Shown here: positions 13,101 through 26,169 of the stretch, piece after piece | Position numbering within the stretch: position 1 is the first letter of the stretch | How the letters are laid out: every line of letters begins with the position of its first letter | DNA from: Marsupella aquatica | Taxonomy: Eukaryota > Plantae > Marchantiophyta | DNA: 64,000 bases | NCBI GenBank assembly: GCA_973895155.1 | Contig: OZ316895.1 | Location: 24,805,538 to 24,869,537, forward strand | Reading direction: 5' to 3' | Notes under the pieces: generated by a model | What the model saw: only the letters and a program-made list of their open reading frames with translations | Database searches by the model: none | What the model was told of the DNA's origin: nothing | Translations under genes and position numbers: made by a program

Positions 13101-14766
13101 TTAGTACATCATCAACCTCTTGTGCAGACTTTTCAGCATAGCAAGGAAGAGTGAAGGCCTTCTCTAGAGTCACCACTAAAGATTCCTACATTTCCTTCCC
13201 AAGATGAAATCTCTCAGAAAATCAAGCCACCCTCCTATCAGTGAAGCAATCACCAGCATCAGATTAAGAAGGCTTGCCCGAAAATTATAGAAATAAATTA
13301 AAAACACCAAAATGGGAGTCCCACATCAAGAGAGGCCAAGTACTACACTCCAGGTCAAATCCATCCCTGTCGTTTGAAGGTCCGGCGGCACTTCCACCAA
13401 CAAATGAAAACTCATAATCTGACCCGACCTCTTGGTTATCTTCCTTCTTCTGGTCGGGGATCATTTTTGAATTTCTCGAGTGCCTCTCCAGAACGCTAAT
13501 CAAACTTTTTTGGGCACAACTATGCAGGATATCCCCATCCTCTAGACTGACATAAGCGGACTATATGTTAGCAAAGCACTTGTGGGTGGAAGAATTGGGG
13601 TGATGCAACTAAAAAGTTTGCTCGCACGAGGAATTTTTTTATTGTTTCCTCACGCGCTACAATGACCATAGTGAAGGCAGAATGATGTTGGCGAGCCTGA
13701 AGGTTGCTAGGTCAGTTCAGTGGTGTCTTTCCACCAGACTTCTTCAACAGCATTCTCACCCAAGCAAATTCAAACCAAAAGGAAGAGAGAGCAGATTAAT
13801 CTCTCTCAAGTCCTTCTAGAGATGAATCTATTTTCTTGAAGTCGGTATCGGCCCAGCAGAAGTAACAGAACATGCTAATCCACTACTCCTTTGCAGAACT
13901 ATGCTCTCTTCTGCGTTCACGTGGCACTGTCTATGAGCTTTCGGAATTCAATCATACCACCAACGTAGCTAAGTTTCGACTGCATATACGGTCCACGTTC
14001 CTGTCTTGTCCGATAGTCCTTGAGGATAGCAGTGTACAGAGCATCATTCCCATTCTCGCCTAATTTGAGAACTTAAACCCGGAGTAGTTAAAAAGCATTT
14101 GAGCACGTTTCACGACCTTATCTACGAATCTGCGAAGCTCAGACAGTTGAGTTGCAAATGGATATGGTTTTTGGTTGAATTCAGACTGTCAACTCGCTTT
14201 GAAGCAGAAGAACACGGCCCCCTTACTAGATTAGAAATGTCTAACCTTCAACCTACATCATTAAGCTCTATAGAATCTGGAATCTGGGAGCGAAAGGCCT
14301 CCTCTGCAAGTCAATGAACTCTGGAACTGATTGCTTAAAGTTCTATCCTGGTGGAGGTTGCCATCGGCGAATTTTATCTTTATGCCCTTCATTTTACCGT
14401 CTCCTGGCAGCAAAGCGAGTTCCCTTCCTCTGCCATGTTCACGGCAAGGCAGCTACTGTATGCAAACCCTTCTTCTAGTCTAAAGACAAAATTTGCCGAA
14501 GATATCAAAAGAACTTTCTACAGATCAAGCCAAGAGCTTTCTTTCACGCATCTATGATTTCAACTTCAAAACTAAACTCGCGAAACATTTCTCTTACATG
14601 AAATTTTCTTTCAGCCAGAAGAGGCTAGTTACAACCCCAAAGTTGCAGAATCTCAAAATCAATGTTACAGGATTGCAGCAACGAAAACCTGATTGTATCT
14701 GCGCTGCCAGTGAGTACTGCTTTAGAATCACTTTCCAGCCAGCCCAACACAGCTTTCAATCTGGGT

Positions 14767-17028
14767 TCACCAGTAATCACCACAAGAACACATTCCATCT
14801 TTAAAATGGTGGAACCGATTTGCATCCCTCGCAATAATCTCGCGTCCGGTCACCTTAGAAATATACTTGGTTGCTGAGTGGCAATCCGAACACACCCGAA
14901 GGTTCTTACTTACACGAATTGGTTCTCCCCAAGGTAGGTGCATAAGTCCGTAAACAATAGCTAACTTCTCACTATGAGAGCAAAGAGCTAGCTCTTTATC
15001 CTCCTCATTGATATCATGCAACACAAGCCGGGTATCGGGAATGTAGCCTCCAGCCTTAAGTTTTCCACTCAATTTATTCAGCTCAGTATATATCACCTTC
15101 GCTTCTGGGTGAGATGTATCCCCCACAACAAATTCATGAATCTTGTTATCAACTTCAATCCAGCTACGCCCTGGCTCCTTCCGAACACCTCTCTCTTGCA
15201 TCATAGTCCGCACAGATGACACCTTCTCCCACTTCCCAGCCGCAGCATAGATATTGGAGAGCAGCACATATGTAGAGGCCTGACTGGGTTCCAACTTGAA
15301 AAGCTCGTTAGCGGCCAGTTCGCCCAGCTCCACGTTACCGTAAGTTCTACAAGCCCCAAGCAAGGCTGTCCAAGTTACATAATCTGGTTCGATCGGCATC
15401 TCACTGATGAGCTGCTTTGCTTCTTCCACGTGTCCCGCCCGCCCAAGAATATCCACCATGAGCGTATAGTGAAAACCAGTACGCTCGATACCATAATCTT
15501 GCGTCATAGCAGAAAAGATTCTACGGCCATCATCAACAAGGCCTCCATGAGAACAGGCTGACAACACAGCTGTGAATGACATCTCGGTGGGCTTCACATG
15601 GTCTGCATTCATTTGTCTGAAAAGTTCCAGGGCTTCCTGCCCATATCCGTGTTGTGCAAGTCCACCGATCATTATGTTCCATGTGACTACATCGCGTTTC
15701 TCCATTCTGTTAAAAACAAGTCGGGCGTCAGCTATACTGCCACTCTCTGCATACATGTGAACCAGTGCATTGCCCACACGCAAATCTGAGTCCAGTCCCG
15801 CTTTGCTAGCTTGGCCATGAACCTCCTTCACCCACTCCAAAGCCCCCGCACTTGCAGATGCATTCAGAATACTCGCATAAGTGAATGCATCTGGTTCAAA
15901 GCCTTCCCGTCTCATTTGGATAAACAAGCGATATGCTTCATGCCCACATCCATGTTGTGCAAGTCCTCCTATCATTACATTCCATGTGACTACATCGCGT
16001 TTCTCCATTCTGTTAAACACCAGTCGGGCATCATCTATACTCCCAGTCTTCGCATACATGTGAACGAGTGCAATGCCCACACGCAAATCTGAGTCCAGTC
16101 TCGCTTTGCTAGCATGGCCATGAATTTCCTTCACCCATTCCAAAGCCCCCTCACTTGCAGATGCATTCAGGATGCTCACATAAGTGATTGCATTTGGTTC
16201 GAAGCCTTCACGTCTCATTTGTAGAAACAGGCGATACGCTTCCACACCATCACCACATTCTGCACATGCTCCAATCATAACATTCCATGTAATGACATTT
16301 CGATTGGTCAACTTTTCAAAAACTTTCCTTGCCTCGGTGATACAGCCACATTTTGCGTACATCAGTACGAGAGCAGTCCCTACACGCACGTCCGATTCAA
16401 AGCCGGCCTGTCGAATATGCTCATGAATTTCTTTTCCGCACCTGAGAGCTAATGGGCTCGCACATCCTTTCAGGATGCTCAGATACGTGATCTCATTAGG
16501 CTGAACGCCTTCTTGGCGCATTAGATTGAAAATTTCGAGTGCAGATTCAAAATGGTCACTCGTAGCGTACCCTGCAATCATGTTGTTCCAAGTAATAACA
16601 CTCTTCTTCTGAATTTGATCAAAAACTCTACGTGCATCCGATAATCCTCCGCATTTGATATACACATTCAACAGCGTGATTACCACATATGAATTCTTAT
16701 CACTCCCACTCTCGATGATGCAATCATGAATTTGCTTGGCTGCTGAAAGATCTTTCTGATGCAAGAGCATTTGCAGAAGTTTAACATAGGTGTACGGGTC
16801 TATAGCAATGCCTCGTTGTAAACGATCTTTCAAACCAGCAAGTGTTCCACTCGTTGTACCAGGAGCGTGCATATGCCTATTGCCGTTCCCTTCTGCAGTG
16901 ACTTGAGACCAATCTCTCGTGCAATAACTAACATGAGATTGAACTCTGCACTGCGTAATCAAATTCGCCCTTGCCTTGACCCATACTGCAGTTGACAATA
17001 CATCCACCCAAAGTGCTACACTTGTCAT
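14767..17028 (-). CDS. PLS-class PPR-E1-E2-DYW RNA-editing factor, copy B (14 PLS motifs, 753 aa from ATG 17028)
   Basis: Intact ORF with PGRSWIEV, HSEKLA, CSDCH and DYW. Homologous upstream exons at 18110-18141, 17947-18014 and 17263-17366, but the last carries two in-frame stops. Confidence 0.9.
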   Translation of the reverse strand: MTSVALWVDVLSTAVWVKARANLITQCRVQSHVSYCTRDWSQVTAEGNGNRHMHAPGTTSGTLAGLKDRLQRGIAIDPYTYVKLLQMLLHQKDLSAAKQIHDCIIESGSDKNSYVVITLLNVYIKCGGLSDARRVFDQIQKKSVITWNNMIAGYATSDHFESALEIFNLMRQEGVQPNEITYLSILKGCASPLALRCGKEIHEHIRQAGFESDVRVGTALVLMYAKCGCITEARKVFEKLTNRNVITWNVMIGACAECGDGVEAYRLFLQMRREGFEPNAITYVSILNASASEGALEWVKEIHGHASKARLDSDLRVGIALVHMYAKTGSIDDARLVFNRMEKRDVVTWNVMIGGLAQHGCGHEAYRLFIQMRREGFEPDAFTYASILNASASAGALEWVKEVHGQASKAGLDSDLRVGNALVHMYAESGSIADARLVFNRMEKRDVVTWNIMIGGLAQHGYGQEALELFRQMNADHVKPTEMSFTAVLSACSHGGLVDDGRRIFSAMTQDYGIERTGFHYTLMVDILGRAGHVEEAKQLISEMPIEPDYVTWTALLGACRTYGNVELGELAANELFKLEPSQASTYVLLSNIYAAAGKWEKVSSVRTMMQERGVRKEPGRSWIEVDNKIHEFVVGDTSHPEAKVIYTELNKLSGKLKAGGYIPDTRLVLHDINEEDKELALCSHSEKLAIVYGLMHLPWGEPIRVSKNLRVCSDCHSATKYISKVTGREIIARDANRFHHFKDGMCSCGDYW

Positions 17029-19764
17029 CTTGTGCTTAAACTCAGGTGCTCTGGGCTTCCTCTGTCAACCACACTGCCCAGGGTCAGATATGGAAAGCCT
17101 GACTATAAAAGGTTAAATTCCAGGAGATTCCACGAGGTGCAATGAATTTGGATTTATTTCTCTAGGACTATATTCCACAATGATCTTTTTACAATGAAAT
17201 GTTTAGAAAATGATGATAGACCGGTAACTCTCTCGAGTCCTACGGCTAGCATGCATGCCTACCTCCGTCCAAAGACGTATTTTCTTGTCTCACTGGCTTC
17301 GCTGTGATCGTTGGTACAGAACTCGCAAAAGTTATATTCTCCTTTTCAATTGAGAGTAACAGCTATCTGTCAAGAATGCGATGATCTTAGAATAGAATTT
17401 TGAAATAATTGTGAAAGGCATATCCAGGTAGCTCAAGTATCAATAAGCTCCTTCATACTCCGGTATTTCACTGTAATCATAGAAAGGACAGAGTCAAGAG
17501 CCTATTGAACTGACACTAAAAAACTTCATCAAGCAGTTGCATGTTATCCGTTGGTGTGGGTATAGGACAGACTCTTAGGGCACCGTGACAGGCGTTCATT
17601 GTAAGTTGCCTTGGCCTTCTATGCTATATACAAACCCAAATCTCAGGTGTTTGACAAGAGACTACAACTCACAAATGAAGCCTAGCCAGCATTTGTAGAT
17701 TGTCTCTAAGAATCCACTGTGATTAGGTACAGATGACATGAATTTGAAAGCGCCTCCCCACCCTCTCCCTGTGATTCCTTGGAGGTGAAAAAATAACCAA
17801 ACTTGAAGTTCAAGTCAATCTTCATCACATAAGCCTCATAGCAGGAAATTCATGCAACTATAAATGTCACACCGTGGAGCTGGAACAACTGCTTTTGTTT
17901 ACAAGTAGGTAATCACAACGTTGAATCGCTCTTGAGTCTCAATTACCTGAATGCCTTGTACAAGAACAATGGCTGATGCCAATACCAATCAAAGCAGACG
18001 ATGAAGGATGAACCCTGCAAATCAATCGTCTTTGTTAATAATGTCTTCAAGCTCGTTTGGTCACATCATAATCCAACAAAATGATAAATGCATATAAAAT
18101 TAATTATACCTGGCTGTGGAGTGTTGCCTAAAGCGGTCCATATCCAAAATTTCTATCGAGTAAGCTTCGTTCCCGTTCGAGAGCTTAATAGCACAGTTGT
18201 GAGAAATATAATTTTACCTGTTTAACAAACGTTTAAATCAGTCTTAGTAGTGCAATCCTTGGAGAGCCCTCGAATTTCAAGTCTCATCTTTCCTTCCCCT
18301 CGGACTAAGGAAAGAATATTCACTAGGTGAAGGCTTGTTGGGGAAACCTTACCCGGGCAGAGGAATCTCAGCTCAACGTAACAGTTGGAGGTACCCCTAG
18401 AAGCATACCGGTAGCAGTATCGTCTCCAGGATCACGTCCTCCGTCAATTGAGAATTAAGAATTCAAAATCGCTGTACTCTTCTAAGAAATCCCAGCTTTG
18501 GCATCCTGAGAGGAAAAAGTGTGAGAATCTCAAATCCCAAAGCATCTACCACCATACCTGCACATTGCCATTTGAAAAAGTATGGCGCGAGTGCTGTTTA
18601 TCGCCCTCCAAGAAAGAACCCTTTTCAACCGAATTGTCCTGCATGCCAAACGAGAAATCGACGACATTTCTTCAAAGAAGAACTTGTGTACAAGTGAGAT
18701 GCAGACCGTGTAAAGAGCAAATTGGGAAGGCTTGACAATTCGCTCAGAACAACAAGTTGAAGCTGTGGGCACAAAATTGATCTAGATTGTGATGGGCAAT
18801 AAAAGAAGCTCCTAAACGGAGATATCCTTCGAAGTTTGACATGTATGGAAAACAAGGCAAGCGCACAAATTGCAGGCAGCAGGAGACGTCATCTAAGAAT
18901 TGAGCCGGACTCGAACCAGGATGGGGAGACGAAAAAGTATCCCTGGATGAAAAAGAGATTTTGCTCCGCTTCCTTGGCACTAAGAGTTGAGAAATATGTT
19001 GCCCAGCAATTTAGGGTTGAAACGCAGAAGAAAGTCGAGTATAGCTAGGGCTTACTAGGAATTCTCAGCCCAAAGGACACCGCGAGAGGCCGTGTAAAAG
19101 TGGTAAAGCAAACCTAACAGGGATCACTGGATTCGTCAGCATGCAGCTCGGTACCAGGTCCCCGAAAAGCAACTAGAGCAACATTCCATAGGCTACGACG
19201 AGTAATTCTTAGCAGATTGTGAAATGCTACAAACATTGTTCGGTTGCGACAGCCCGGGATTCGGGGTAGCCACCGCATATCTCCTTGGATCCATGTCTCA
19301 CCTTGGTGGCGAGGAGGAGGAACCGTGAGAAGGCGGCCCTGTTAAACCCTGGTCCCTAAACATCTGCAAGCGGCTTCTGGGTTTGTCACCGTCCATTACC
19401 AGGATTCTACCCCGTAACCCGTTTTTGCGGGAAGTGTCAAATATCTGTTCCCTGTCTGTAAAAGTTCCCGTTACTTGTTTTACGGGCTAATTTAATGACG
19501 GACACAAGACAGGGATTACGGCCGTGTTTTGATAAGCCCTACTGCCTGAGCCCTACCGATGGCAACTTTTGCAGCGAGAGCGGAAGGAATGATAGATGCC
19601 CTAGTGATGGCAACTTTGGCAGCAAGACATGCGGGAGAGGAGGTGCTGAGAAACACACTTCAAACTCAAATCCACTGGCAGAAGAGAGCGAGTCCTGGGC
19701 GAGAATGCAGACAACCAACGCCAGTGCACTCATCAACGACCACCGCTTTCTCACAATCGCCGCC

Positions 19765-21533
19765 ATGGTAAGAGATCAGCCGATTCACGTCGCGGGATCC
19801 CCCCAGACAAAGCTGCCGAAGTCACGACGTTTCGCGATGCCAGTGGCCCGAATCTCTGCTGTAATCAACGTCTTCAGGAGCCAGATTACAAATCTGAAAT
19901 TTGCAGAAGACTTACAATGGTTGTAAGGACAGAGAAGGAAAAAATGGCGAGAGCAGGTCCATTGACGGGAATGTGGAGGCGAGGGGTTGCTATGATGGAA
20001 GTGATGAAAGGAAGCAGCCTAATCCTGCCGAGGTTGGGGCCGCCGGTGCAGATTCTGCCACAGTAGCAGGCCCCGCACCTTTCCTGCTCAACTCTTGCTC
20101 CCACTTCCAGTTTTGTAGACGGTTTCGCCAGCATTGCTCGCATACAATCAGGTCTAGCCCAAGGGTTTTACCTACATTTCAGTTTGGTCCGTTGTTAATT
20201 TTAGTTTCTGTCCTTCTTGGCATAAATACACATTTCTTTCTGCTTGTCGTGACCTTTGTTTAGGTTTCATTTCTCATTCTTCTGTTGCTCTTGTTTAAAA
20301 ATTTCCGCACATGTTGGATGAACCTCTATTTTAATCAAACACTCGTGGTTATTCACTGTGAGGTACTATAAAGCGGTTCATCAGAGGCTACTACGAGTAC
20401 TTCGCTTGAGTTGGGTCCTCTGTGTTCAATGGAGGAGTGCTTGCCTTGTCTTTCTTTCGTTTCCCTTTTCTTTCCCTTGCCATCTCTTCTCCCCGCACGC
20501 TTCTCAAGGAAGTGTCTCCATTACGCACATTCGTTAGTTGCTTCTTGACATTGTGGAGCAGTGCCCACCGTTTTCTATCACTCTAACTTGTAAACTGCAA
20601 TTTTTCATTTTTCAGGCATCAGCGGCAGCGGGTGCTTTTCCAAGAAACTTACTTACGAAATGGAAGTTTTCCTGTGAAGCATTTCCCATCTTCTTCTCAT
20701 GGGGATGCCAGAGAGAGGAAACAGCAGAGACCATGGTCGAAGGATACTTTTGAGGACGCATTCAACTTGAATCCCACCAGGGAACCGAAGTCAACTGTGG
20801 ATGTACAGTCTTTCATAGCAGCGAACGATGTGGGCGAGATTCGACGGAAGGAACTTCTATCCAGAGAGGAAGAGGAACACTCGTCAGCTATCTCTGACGA
20901 AGTGGTGACTGAGAATGCAGTAAGACAAGACCTGGTAACCGAGGAGCTGCTCAGGAAAACACTTTGGATGGATGGCCGGTTAAGCCGCCCAGCATGCATG
21001 AAGGCAGGGCTCAATTTGATTGCTCATGGCAGATTGCAATGTCGTGCTACTTATGGCAGCAGAGACACTGCACAACGGAATGGCAGTACGCACATGTACA
21101 GCGCTGGTACCACGAGTGAAGCAATTGCCGTTTTGCAGGATCGTCTACAACGAGGCGTTACTACAGACTCGTACACGTATGTTAGATTTCTGCAAATGTG
21201 CTTGAAACAGAAATACCTTTTAGCGGCCAAGCAAGTTCATGACTGCATTATCCAGAGTGGATTGGATAAGAATTCATATGTGGCGAACACCCTCGTGAAT
21301 GTGTACATCCAATGCGGGCAATTGTTGGGTGCACGCAGGGTTTTTTTATGAACTTGAGAACAAGACTGTTGTTACATGGACCGTTATGATTGCAGGATAT
21401 GCAACGTATGATCTCGCTGAATCCGCATTTGAAATTTTCAATCAAATGCGCAAAGAAGGGTCGCAGCCCGATGAGATCACATATCTGTGCATCCTGAAGG
21501 CGTGTACCAGCCCATTAGCTCTCAAATGGGGAA
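19765..21533 (+). pseudogene. Truncated PLS-PPR paralogue, copy E (predicted exons 19765-19767, 19907-20151, 20616-~21533)
   Basis: 20950-21533 is homologous to the N-terminal PPR part of A-D (LQDRLQRGVTTDSYTY...ALKWG). One extra T in the run at 21341-21347 shifts the frame; homology stops within the fourth motif and there is no E/DYW. Confidence 0.85.
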
Positions 21534-22691
21534 CAGCAAGTAAGCCATGGAAAATAAATTAAATTCTTTGGAACCCACAGCACAGACGTCAAATTGTGAG
21601 ACACCTTGGCGTTAAAGAGGGTCCTTTCCTCCACATGTTACAGGAAAAATGAGTGCTGAGCCTGGCCAGCAGAAAGTAAATTTCTCCTCCATTGCCCTCT
21701 TCTCACGTTCTGCTTCCTCCGAAGCCTGAAGCCTGAAGCCTTATCTTCCTGCTCATTTTGCTCCAAATTTCCTGCCGCTCTTCCATTTTCTTTTGCACTA
21801 ACTGCTCTTTAAGCTGCCTCGAAGCAAGGAGCTTGCGCTTCCTCTCTTCTTCCATCCTCTTCAAGTCATCTATATTTTTCTTGACCTTCTTCTCAATTTC
21901 CGAATTTGTAGCCTGCTTTGACTTTGCTTCTGCACTACACAAGTTTCGAGAGCTGGAAAGTAGCAATACATGTTTCCTAGGGGACAACTGACTGCCACAG
22001 CTGCTCTCTCCTCCATCAAACTTGCTTCCTTCAACCGATTCTTTCAGCGGTATGGTTGCCCCCGGAGCTTCTTTCCTTTCGATCCGCAAGGAAGGGTTGT
22101 CTTTTGCCCTTCTCATCAACTTCCTTTGTGACTCCTTACCATATCTTCTCTCCTCCTCGGCCCTTTTTGTAGCTTCTGTAGCGATCAAAGTCTTCACCTT
22201 TACAACTCTCTTTCCGTCAGGTATGAACCTCGGGATTGGCTGCTGAACTACTGGAACAAAAAATTTCATGCCTGCGATGAGATTTGAAAACGGCTTCTGT
22301 GCATTGACAATATTGGAGCTCACAACTTGCACCGAAGGAGTTACACGTGAAACATTCATTTGCCGATCCTCCAGACTCTTTGTAGTCTCCTTCCTGCCTA
22401 CCTGGTCCACTGAGGGATTCACATCCACTGATAGAGGAATAACCACCTTCAGTCCTCCTTCCTTTCCATCATCCAGATGTGATACGTCTTATGTCCTCAC
22501 CAAGTAACTCTTCTGTATGGAGCTCAGCTGTAGTGGTGACAGGTTCAGCATGAGCATGAGCATTACCATTACGACAACGAGCATGTCACTACAAAACACA
22601 CTCTCATACCAAGCAATTATAAGTCATACTAACAATAAATCAATGTTCATACCTGGTGATTCTTTACAGACAATGCACTCCTGCCATATGA

Positions 22692-24509
22692 TCAGAGGTT
22701 TCTTTGGGCTTGCCGTCTCTGTGCGGCGTCCACATAAGCAACTAGTGTCCAAGTGGAGTTGAGCCCAGCCAACTCCTCGTCCACCAGGTTCCTGTGTATG
22801 AGGCCCTCAACCTCCTCAATGGGTACATCCTCTTCATGCTCATTGTCGCCCCTGGCTGCCACCTCAACTTCCCAATCCCTAAGAATTGCAATAAAATCAT
22901 TCTCCTGTTTCTCAATCATAAAGTTTTGTAGAATGCAGCACACTGTGACTACCATAGGAAGGTCCATGACATTCAGCTCTGTCCTCTCGCCCAACTCTCG
23001 AAAAACTTTCTTCAAAAGTCCAAACGTCTGTTCAACATGACATCTGCTGCGCCTATGATGTCTATTGAACCAATCCTCTTCCCTGGTGAGATATCCATGC
23101 GCATCGAGGTGCCGAATCGGAATGATGAGCCAGGACATCACGGGGTACCCAAGGTCCCCCAATATGAAAGGCTGAATCGGAACTCTCCAAGGGAGAGTGA
23201 GGGGATCCTCGTTAAAAATAAGATGTCTACATGCCCGAGCCCAAAGGGAGGAGTACTTGAGAACTCTAGTATCGTTCACTTACCCTGGCATGCCAACATA
23301 GATATCTCTAAACCTCCACGACGCATCACACACTGCTTGTAAACACATGGAATAACTCTTTAACTTGTAGTAGTCTCTATAAAAGGGGGTGTCTGGTGCC
23401 ACTATGTATATGTGGGTGACATCCACCACTCCAGTGATGTTAGGAATGCCACACTGTTCATGGAAGGTCGTCATGACCTCCACCAATTCCTGCCCTACAG
23501 GAAGAGAGATCAAATGGCCTAGGTGCTCACCCAGGGCACTACAATCCTCATGAAGCATTCTCCTGACATAAGTTTTTCCCATTGCAAACTTCTCAGAAAC
23601 CTTTCCAAAACCATCACCAGATGTGAGTTTGTAAATGGCAGCTCCTACTCTGGGAGATAGGTAATCTCATCATTTATCAGTCACTTTCATCAGTGTACCT
23701 GATATAAGCTGCCATCTCATCTCAGAGAGGCCGCCAAGTTGCAATGCGAAGAAAAAAAATGAAGAAAAAAAAATTTCTTGAATTTTTCTTCAAAATTTGA
23801 AGGAAAACTTTTTTTTCAAACTTTTTTTTCAAATTTTTTTTCGCCATGTGACGTCGCGTTCTTTTTCGGTCCGTACGCCCCATCTCGGTGAGTTCAGCCG
23901 AGATCGAGTCAACCTCAGCTGCCCAGCTGAGATGTGCGGAAGTTTGAAGGCCCCATCTCAACTCCTCAGCTGAGATTCTGAAATTTTTGAGATAACTGAT
24001 ATCAGCGATATCAGCGACTGATATCAGTTATCAGCCACTGATAACTGATGATGTTGTGTACCCCCTACTCTGGCAAAGACAGAAATAGCTCTCCTATAAT
24101 TTGTGTCATGCTTGACAATTGATTGGCCCAAAAGCTCGCATAGCTCACCAAAAGTAGACCTGGTCATGCGCATGTTCTCCAACCATCTATCATCACTATA
24201 GTAGCCCATAAGAAATTTGTAAAACCAAGCTGTGCTTCTCGGTTTCACCCACCACTTGTGACCATCGCTGTAATTATCCAACACATCATAAACAAGCCAT
24301 CGTAGGCACAAGTTCCAGGCGATGAGAAAGTGATTCAGGTCCTCCTCCACCTCCTCTTCCACACCAGTGGACAAAGAGCTGGAAACCCTGTTGTTCCCTG
24401 AAGGAAGACCAAGGAGCTCAGGAAAGTGAATGAATGTCTGAAGTGCAACCAACATGAACTGGCAAAGGACCATTGATTCATCCTCTGCAAAAGTGCCATC
24501 TGGATCCAT
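22692..24509 (-). mobile_element. Degenerate HARBI1-like PIF/Harbinger transposase
   Basis: WLENMRMTRSTF, GIPNITGVVDVTHI, LQAVCD, ILGDLGYP and VEQTFGLLK motifs, split by a stop at ~23280 and by a MITE. Confidence 0.85.
23654..24063. mobile_element. ~410-bp Mutator-like MITE inserted in the Harbinger transposase
   Basis: Direct repeat CCTACTCTGG at 23644-23653 and 24064-24073; imperfect TIRs (TCATCATTTATCAGT / ACTGATAACTGATGA). Removal restores FARVGAAIYKL. Confidence 0.75.
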
Positions 24510-25424
24510 CTACCTCCTGTTTAATTTATACGGATTTCGACCAGTGGACATCTCTTTTGTCTGGGACAGTATTATATTGAACCTGCAAGCCACACTGCAA
24601 ATACAACTTTCCCTTAGAATGAGTAGAGGATACGTGCCACGACACTGATTTATGATCAATGAATTTAGCTTTCTCAAAAGTATGTGGTATATAGATGAAA
24701 TTCTGGAAAGTAAATGCTTTCACTCAAGAGTCTTGCTTTTCACTCTCAGGTTCCCCTAGCCTGTTTCTCACATCTCGCTAATAATATCCTTCATTGTGCT
24801 TTGAGTAAGTTGCTATGAAAATGCTGATGATAGAAAATCATAAAAGTGAAAAATTCTAACAACATTGATGGGAACTGAGGGAATGTTTTCTAGCCCCAGA
24901 TTCCCACTTTCTCAGAACAACAGAGGATAGAAAGAGAACACAAGGGCAATAGAACACGAGACCTACGCGGACGAGGAACCTGAGGATGCTTACACTGTAG
25001 AAGGCGAAGATGATGTCATCTCTTTTCCAGGTGGATCAGACATTGAAATGTCTAACTATGAAGCATACATTTTGAAGAGTCAACTTAAGAAGGAAAGAGC
25101 TCGTAAATTGGAACTCAGGACACCGCCGTTGGATTTGAAAAGGAGGGAAAAGAAACAAGAGCATAAAAAAGGCCGGGCACTTCAATTCCCTGGGGAGGAC
25201 TCCGCCGCTGCTTCTCCCTTTAACAGACCGAGCATTGGCACTTGAAAACTCCGGGAAGGCTTTGGTCCCTTTCTCCAGTGGAAATGTTGGAGACGGGACC
25301 CGAAGACAGACCTATTCAGCTTAACTTCCAGCCTCTCGGGCATCCCCTGGCAACCGGGGGCCTTTGTTGCAGTAAGGAAATGAGGAGCTTTTGACGAATT
25401 GGGAAAGCAGGGACTCGGGCAGGA

Positions 25425-26110
25425 TGGGTTTGCCGCTGACCATTGCGTCATGGAACGTGTGTGGCCTATGCGAGACTAATAGAAAGCATGTTGTCAAGAA
25501 CTGGATAGCATCGTTGCGCATGCCTTTAGTTGCTCTTGGCTTACAAGAAGTCAAGGCAGATAAGTTTAGACTAGACTTGGCTCTAAAAACAATTCTACCG
25601 TCCTATACGTACATGGCATCGGCTCCTGACGAGGGCAGGGGGGCTCGACTTTGCTATTACATCCTTCACTTCAAGTGATTGACCATGGGAGTGTGGATAA
25701 AGGGCGCGCAGTTTGGGCCCGGGTGGAACATCCGAATGGCCTCTTTGGCATTGTGAGCATATATGCGCCTAACATCCCCAGGGAGCGGGCCCTACTTTGG
25801 CATGAACTCAAGTCTTCCCTACCACAAGAAAATTGGATCGTTTGCGGGGGCTTCAACATGACGGAGGGCCGGTGCGACTCGTCTGGCCCCTCTCCCCTTA
25901 TACATGGACGTGAAGCATAATATTGGAGATCTCTCAAAACTCGATTTGACTTGGAGGATGCATTTTCCTTGGCATCTGTTTGTCAGGGTTCTAGCTTTAC
26001 TTGGAAACAGAGCATCAAAGGCAAATTGGTCCAATCCTGGCTCGATCAATTTTACTTTAGTGGCCGCAGTTGGTGGGTTGGTGAGGTGGAAAAGCTGATT
26101 CACGAAGGGG
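25425..26110 (+). mobile_element. LINE (L1-like) ORF2 AP-endonuclease fragment
   Basis: IASWNVCGL, LGLQEVK, SIYAPN, WIVCGGFN and SWLDQFY motifs across frameshifted ORFs. Confidence 0.85.
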
Positions 26111-26169
26111 GCTCAGTGGCAGACGCAAACCGCAATGGAGTCAGCCTTGATGCCAAATTGTACTGGAGC

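Noticed and set aside
21703-22446. 247-aa K/E-rich ORF as a host gene
   Set aside because: No recognisable domain; lies in TE debris beside a Harbinger relic and cannot be assigned.
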